Shown here in pieces: positions 57,710-64,000 of a stretch of DNA of 64,000 nucleotides (the first letter of the stretch is position 1; the number at the start of each line of letters is the position of its first letter). Position numbers and translations under genes: made by a program. Source of the DNA: Macrostomum lignano (Eukaryota). Under the pieces are notes generated by a model. That model did not search any database, was not told the DNA's origin, and saw only the letters and a program-made list of their open reading frames with translations. The stretch lies in the NCBI GenBank assembly GCA_002269645.1, contig NIVC01000240.1, forward strand, positions 372,001 to 436,000, in the 5' to 3' direction.

Positions 57710-59629
57710 GCAGCAGCACTGCGGGATAAAATGATCAAGACTACTCGTACTTCTACTACTCAGTAGGCACATGTATCCATGCAATATACATCTCATATAT
57801 TTCCTACTATTTATTCAGATCTAGAATACCATAAATTTTAGATCTAGTAATTATAATCAATAGCACTACGACTGTTTATGAAACCTTAATAGCTATTAAC
57901 CTTTACTTATACTGTGTTTGCTGACAAGACAGAAGGTAATTACATATACCCCAAGGACAAACTAGAAGTTACCGTTGGATCAGGATGTAACACTCGACTA
58001 TATTGCAAATCGCTTTTAAGGCTTTAACCTGTAAAATCTACACACATGTAATCTACACTCAGCTTCACTTTTCTGAGACCTCTCCTTAAGATATCCTTTG
58101 GGCCTTTTGGTCCAAGGGGCTGGACTGCTCTTCGGAGCTTGAGCTGACTGCACCCCTTTACTATTGTTTCAGCATGCCATTTTGCGCAGTAAATCAAGTC
58201 GCTATCAAGTTAGACATTTTTTATATAGTAGAAATTCAGTTTTTGAGCGGTTTTCTCAGCCTGAATTCTAAATTGCGTTACGTTTCTATTATTTATTTCT
58301 ATAGTGAACTATACCAACTGTCGATGGCAACAATTGCTGTCTGTGCTCTGAGGCCTTTTGCGTTTCACATCTTTTGGAAGATAACAGGGGGGGGGGGGCA
58401 TCAGTTAAGAAGACTTTCATTTTAAAATTTGGAGAGGGTTGACTTCAAGCAAGCTGACCACTTTCGGAGAAATGCTTGATGTTTGGAAAAACTTTTTTAT
58501 AGTGGCCTAAAGAATTACTGCAGTGCACACAGCAGCACGTGTAAATTTATTTTACTATGCACAGGTAGCTTAGAATTTATTTGGCATTCTATTTTTTAGT
58601 TATTAAGAGAAGTAAGACTAAGAAAAAGAGGATGTGGCAAATAAACGTGTCACTCTAAGTTTGCCATAGCAACTGCTGGTTCCAGTTCTATCCGCGAAGT
58701 CAAGAAGGATGAAAAAACTTCAGCTTTTCCATTTCCAATAAAAAAGCCTTGGTACCGCTGACTTTATACTTTACAGTTTGTATAAAACCATTTGTAATCA
58801 GGACAGGGCTTAATTGCCGTAAAAAAACAAGTTGTTTTGCTGAAATGACATTTGCCAATCCATATACAAAATCTAAAATATATCCTATTCGCCGAAATAG
58901 TTTTCAATTACCTTATGGGAACTCTTCCAAACTCAATCTACAGCCATCCAGACACTTCTCTTGGCAATGGAGAAATAGAAAAAGTCTTTGTTGGCCGTAC
59001 ACCGTTTAACTCTCTGACCCTCAAGTGTACAATGCCTGCCCCCGTCGCTCTGCAGCCAATCAGCTTGCACGCTTCTTGTTTATCAGGCGCAACTCCACCC
59101 CACGCAAATATCGATTTCTAAATATATATATTGGCGCTCAAGGCCGCGCAGTGGCCAAGCCTTTTCTTACCCCTAAAACAAATCTACAGTCTTAATGCCC
59201 CGATAGATTCATGTCTAAAAATAGAAGCCTATTAGAGAGACGCGCTTTGTGTGCTGATAATTGGCATCGAGTTGCAGTACGCAAAAAGCAGTACAGCAAA
59301 CTCATTTGAGCATACCTGACAAAAAACGAAGCGAACTCAGCAGTACAGTCATGTATTTAAAAAAGTACAGTATAATAATTGGTCGATAAAGTTAAGTATG
59401 GTTAGAACGATTAGAATGCCTAAACAAGGTACCAAAATTTCCTGTGCCACTGCTCAACCCTGGAAGGCATCTGTACATTTTTAGTTGGATATTAAATGGT
59501 GCAGGAAATACAAACTGGAATTTATCTCCTGGATTCTTGACAAGCTTAAAAAGACGCGAATTCAAGCGTATGTTATAAAAAATACACACTTCTGCGCCCT
59601 ATAATCTCTAGCCTAGGATACCCAGAGAC

Positions 59630-61092
59630 ATGTCCAAAGCAAGCAGCATCAGCGAGCAGCACCGACAGAGTGGCAACGCTCATTTCAAGAGCTCGAAAGC
59701 TTCTAGCCGCGTTGCCGACAAGCGGCGCCACCTGTGGTCGGCTCTGGACTGCTACAAACTCGGCCTGGAGACGGCCACGTCGGCCAGGGATCGGGGCCTG
59801 TGCAGAAAGAACTCCGGCGTGGCGCACAAGGAGCTCTGTCTGGCTGAGTGGACCAACCAGCAGCGGAGTCGAGCCTGGGACCACCTGCACTCCAGCCTGG
59901 CCTGCTTCTCGGAGGCGTGGCGCCAGGCCACTCTGTGGACGAAGTCGGCTGGCAGCGAGGGCGAGCGCTGGCGCCAGCGATTCGTCCAGCAGTTCCCGGA
60001 AGACCTGCTGGACATGTACAGTCTGACACTTAATCTTGAGACTGACCAGGCTCTGGTGGACAATCTTGCCCGCGTGTGCAACGTGATTGGTCGCTACAGC
60101 TTTAGCAACACTGAGTACCTTGAAGTGGTCGCCGGTGTCTTTATTGACTACGCCAATCGGCTATTGCACCTGTCGGTTTCTCTGGACAAGAAGCTTAACT
60201 ACGGCCTTGCGTACAGCTACATTGCTAAGATGCCTTTTCCCATACAGGAGGCCGAACGAGTTCTTAGTCGGAATGCAACCGACGATGCCTTTGATTGTTT
60301 GCACAGCGAGCTCGAGACTCTGCGCGAAGATCAGCGCATCCAGGAGGCCGTGTTCCACAGCAGGGTTGAACTGGAACGAGGCAAGGCATTCTGTCAGAAT
60401 CTGGGCGAGAACAGCGCGACGCAAATGACGGACGAAGCTCTGCTTGCCATGGACCACCTGAGGGTAGGGTTAACATCGAATTTGAGGTCTTATACACTCA
60501 TAGCTAATTCATTGTTCGAAATCATAACCAAAAACATTTTTCTCTGGAAACACAGGCTGCCCTCAACCTAATCTCGGAAGATGGCATAGACATTGTTCTA
60601 GAGGCGGAGATCTGTTCCGACATCGGCAGTCTCTACTTGAATGTTTTCAACGCTGAAAATTCAGCCGAAAAGTTTTTCAAGCGCTGCATTCAGCTGATAC
60701 TTTGCCACCTGACGGGTGAACACGAAATCGGTTGTCGCTCTGAGAACTGGTTCGCCGCAGCGGAGCGGGGACTGCGCATCCTTCAGGAGCGCGGGGCCAA
60801 GCGTCACGACGCTGAGCTGCGCAAAGTTCTGGAGTCAGATGGTACTCTGGCCGACATCAAGACCAATTACGATCGCGGCATTGAACACTTTCTTGAGCAC
60901 ATCTACAAGGTGTACTCCATTGGAGACAACAAGCTGCCAGATGCGGATCTTCCGCTTAGAAAGCGCCTGATGGTGGCCCTATCGCACTACCATCCTGACA
61001 AGGCCGACAAGCAAGATAGACGTCAGTACTACCTGCGTGAGGAGATCACAAAGTATCTCAACGTGCGATTTGAGCAGACTAAAGTAGGCTAA
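59630..61092 (+). CDS. TPR-like + HPD/J-like protein, paralogue B (456 aa); exons 59630-60463, 60556-61092
   Basis: 92-bp phase-0 intron (AGG|GTAGGG...ACACAG|GCT) at the same position as intron 2 of paralogue A; ends LMVALSHYHPDKADKQDRRQYYLREEITKYLNVRFEQTKVG*. Confidence 0.88.
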
Positions 61093-61439
61093 TTGTTTGA
61101 CGTTACGTCCGAACTGAAATTACCAAAGACTAATCTAATATAATAAATCCACCTATATTAACTTTATTGTGGTGCGGGACATAGTAAATGTACGAGACAA
61201 CACACTGTTAATCAGTTGAAGACCAAGTAAAATGTGCCTTTCTTGACCTGGAATCCAACTGCTACTGCTCCCTGTGAGTATACGCTCGTATATGAACATC
61301 ATCTAAACCAATGCAGAAATAGATATACGAGGTACAATGACATTAAGGAGTTGATAACCTTGAAAAACGTCACTTCTATTGTGTCTGTATCAATGCATAT
61401 ATGCGCCGAAATATCAGTTGATGTACTACAAATGGAATA

Positions 61440-61630
61440 AGTTGCATAGCGCTGGGGATTAGGCGCTTCCACAAGTGTAACTCTCTCGAGTACCAATGTC
61501 CCTGAGTTCAATCCCGCGTGTTACATATGGGTTCCTGCCACATTGGCCTACTGATGGCTTTGTGTGATTCATTTTACGGCCCATAAAGGCCAAATACAAG
61601 CACTTAAGCATATAACAACAACAACAACAA
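61440..61630 (+). mobile_element. Possible SINE with (AAC)n tail
   Basis: TAGCGCTGGGG (A-box-like), GAGTTCAATCC (B-box-like), ending in an AAC repeat shared with the LINE tail. Confidence 0.4.
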
Positions 61631-64000
61631 ATTACGCAGCCCCGCGCATGCAAGGCCACAGTTAGAGCAGGCTGTGTCAGATGGCATGCCGCTGAGCCTG
61701 AGAGCGGACGAAGTCCGCCCCGTTGGCAGTGTCGGGCGCCCCAGCGTCGCACAGCAGGCAGTCCACGTATCGACGGGTTTGGGCCTGACCCCGCCTGAAC
61801 GGGCCCTGCAAGGTGAGCAGCAGGACATCTTGAACGGGTTGGGCGCAGTAGCCCTCGGCCAGGATCACGTGGCTCGCCAGTTGAAGTCGCCGCCGACGCA
61901 GGATGGTGGACGGGCGTTGTAGCTAGGCCCGATCGTACAGGGCCTCGGTCCCGACGCCCTCGTCAGCTCGAAAGGCCGCACGGAGCAGCCCTGAGTACGC
62001 CGAGTCCAACTGCCGCTCCAGCGTAGTCGTCAGCGTTCATGTCTTAGCATTATATAGCAGGACGGTTTCGACCACCGCCTGCCACAGCCGAGCCCTCTGG
62101 CGGTCGGGCAGCGCTTTAGACTGGATGACGGCCCAGATCGAACGGAAGGAAGCCCAGGCAAGTCCTCTGCGCCACCGGAGGTCTTCCTCCACGTGGGACA
62201 CCAGACCGCCGAGATAGGTGAACCGCTGACAGCGTGCGAGCTTGGTCGTCTGCCCGTCTGCACCGTGGCATGTCAGGTCCGCTGTGATGTCGGCCGGCAC
62301 AGTCAGCACCTGGGTCTTCAGCGTGTTGACAACCAGACCGACTCTCGATGCCATCTCGACCAGCCTGTCGATCTGGCGCTGGGCGCCTTCAACGGACGAG
62401 GACAGGAGGGCGAGGTTGTCGGCGTATCCAAGCACACTCAGGCGCTTTTCGCCGTGACTGCGACCGATGTGTCTGCGCAGCAGGAAGCCGTCGTCAGCCG
62501 AGGGAAGTGCGGTCCGAAGCTTCCAGTCAGCAGCAGCACGAAGAGGAGCGCTAGTGTGTCGCCCTGCAGAACTCCTGACGAAGTGTCGAACAGGTTAGAC
62601 AGGCCGTCCGCCGTCACCACAGCAGCTCGAGTATCGCGTCGATTAGCTGCTGCGGGACCCGGTAGGCTCGAAGGACGAAGTGGACACGGCGATGACCTCG
62701 ATGACACGGCGGAGTGCGAGGATCTGTGTCACTGTACCGCGTTGCGGCCGGAATTCGTTCTGCAGGTACGGGTTCAGCACCGGCTGCAGACGATCGAGCA
62801 GCAGCTGGTTAAAGAGCTACGCTGTGCAGGACATCATCGAGATCCCGTGGTGGTCTTCTTTCCACGTTGTCCCTGCCTTCTTCAGGATCGGCACAATGTG
62901 CGCGACGGTCCACTCGGAGGGCACAGGAGCGCCGGCCAGCACGCGGTTTATGACGCCTGTGACCTGAGAGGCCACACAGCGGAGCCGTCAGGGCCGAGCG
63001 CCTTGCCGCCTGATGTTTTCCGAGCGAACAGCACAACGTCCTCCGTGGTGAATGGTCTGGTGCAGAAGTCCTCCTCAGCTGGGAGCAGCGTGTCCAGTAG
63101 GAGCGCAAAGCTGGCGGGCAGCGGCGACGCAGGCGCGTTCACGATGCCGGCGAAGAAGTCGCGCAATTCATTCCTGCGCTCCTCTGGGGTGTCGCCGGCC
63201 AGGTTCAGCGCCACGCGCTTTCTGCGCCCCGTCAGAGTCCGGACGGCCGTCCACACTGCGCGGCTCTTCACGTCGGGGCCGGCTGCAGTAATGGACCTAA
63301 TGGCGTCGTCGACAGCGGCCTGCTGCCGCTCGTCTAGAAGGTGCTCAAACGCGTCTGCAGCGTCGCCCGTGGGACGGTTTCTGCGGAGTTGCTCGATGTT
63401 GAGCCGCGCCTGCCTGATGGTTGGGTCGCTCTGCCAGACTGGCAGCGATTTTTGTGCTGGCCGCATCTGCGGGACTGTCTGCTCCGCAGCGGCTCTAACT
63501 GCGGTGCTGATGTCGGAATACTCCGCCTCGCGCTGCTCTCCAAGCGCGCCGACGAAGGCGCCCGCGAATTGACGCTTCACGCGGGTGTCCGACAGAGCCA
63601 ATGCTTTATCGGTCGATAGAGCTGGTCTTGGAGCCGCAAGTCGCAGAGCAGAAGTTGATGGTCTGACCGGAGAGCCAGCGAAGCCATGGTGTCGCAGTTG
63701 GTGACGCGGCGGCGCTCGCGAGTGCGAACCAGCGCATGATCGAATTGCGCCAGTCTCCTCGTGGCGTTCCGCCCGCGTGCGTTTCGTCGCCTTCTCTTGC
63801 AGCACGCAAAGGTAACCAGGCGGGCAGGGAACTGGGTGTTTGCGGACACCAGGTCCAGCCTGTCAAGCAGGTCCTCCAGTGCATCGGTGTTGGCGTTCTC
63901 GCGTCCCGCGACAAAGGGCGAGCGCTCGGACCTCCGTGGAACTGCGTTCAGGTCTCCGAGCACCGCCAGCGTGTCGCGGTTTGGCACCTCTTCCAGCTGC
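61614..64000 (-). mobile_element. Non-LTR retrotransposon (APE + RT, RTE/RTE-X-like), frameshifted; continues beyond the window
   Basis: LAVLGDLNA, FDHALV and SDH (endonuclease); GKALGPDG, EWTVAHIVPILKK, GVLQGDTLA, GYADNLALL, GLVVNTLKT and FTYLG (RT) scattered over frames; (GTT)n tail at 61614-61630. Confidence 0.9.

Noticed and set aside
62193-63572. 459-aa plus-strand ORF
   Set aside because: Antisense shadow of the GC-rich LINE ORF2.

Overview
Eukaryotic (animal) genomic DNA with GC-rich exons, AT-rich introns and very dense tandem repeats. The style resembles a flatworm/lophotrochozoan such as Macrostomum, but that is inference only. Host genes, assembled by hand from splice sites and frames: (1) a minus-strand secreted multi-CUB protein resembling SOL-1, with 8 exons in the window (18369->2078) and continuing off the left edge; (2) a single-exon core-2/I-branching beta-1,6-GlcNAc transferase (GT14) with one frameshift; (3) an HP1/chromobox gene; (4) two paralogues of an uncharacterised TPR-like + C-terminal HPD/J-like protein, one with 5 exons and one with 2; (5) a PLAC8-family gene. 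Mobile DNA: an internally deleted Ty3/Gypsy element, a full-length decayed mariner, a decayed APE-RT LINE plus a 5'-truncated relative, several tRNA-headed SINEs, hAT-, Harbinger- and Tc1-type MITEs, and a 23-31 kb nest of Crypton-like tyrosine-recombinase remnants saturated with the motif GTCTATGG/CCATAGAC. The most notable unexplained signals are that Crypton-like nest, a ~4 kb almost CpG-free block upstream of HP1, the intron-discordant TPR-J paralogues, a candidate 6-nt micro-exon, and the near-universal filling of introns with different minisatellites. All counts were made by eye; no database searches were run.
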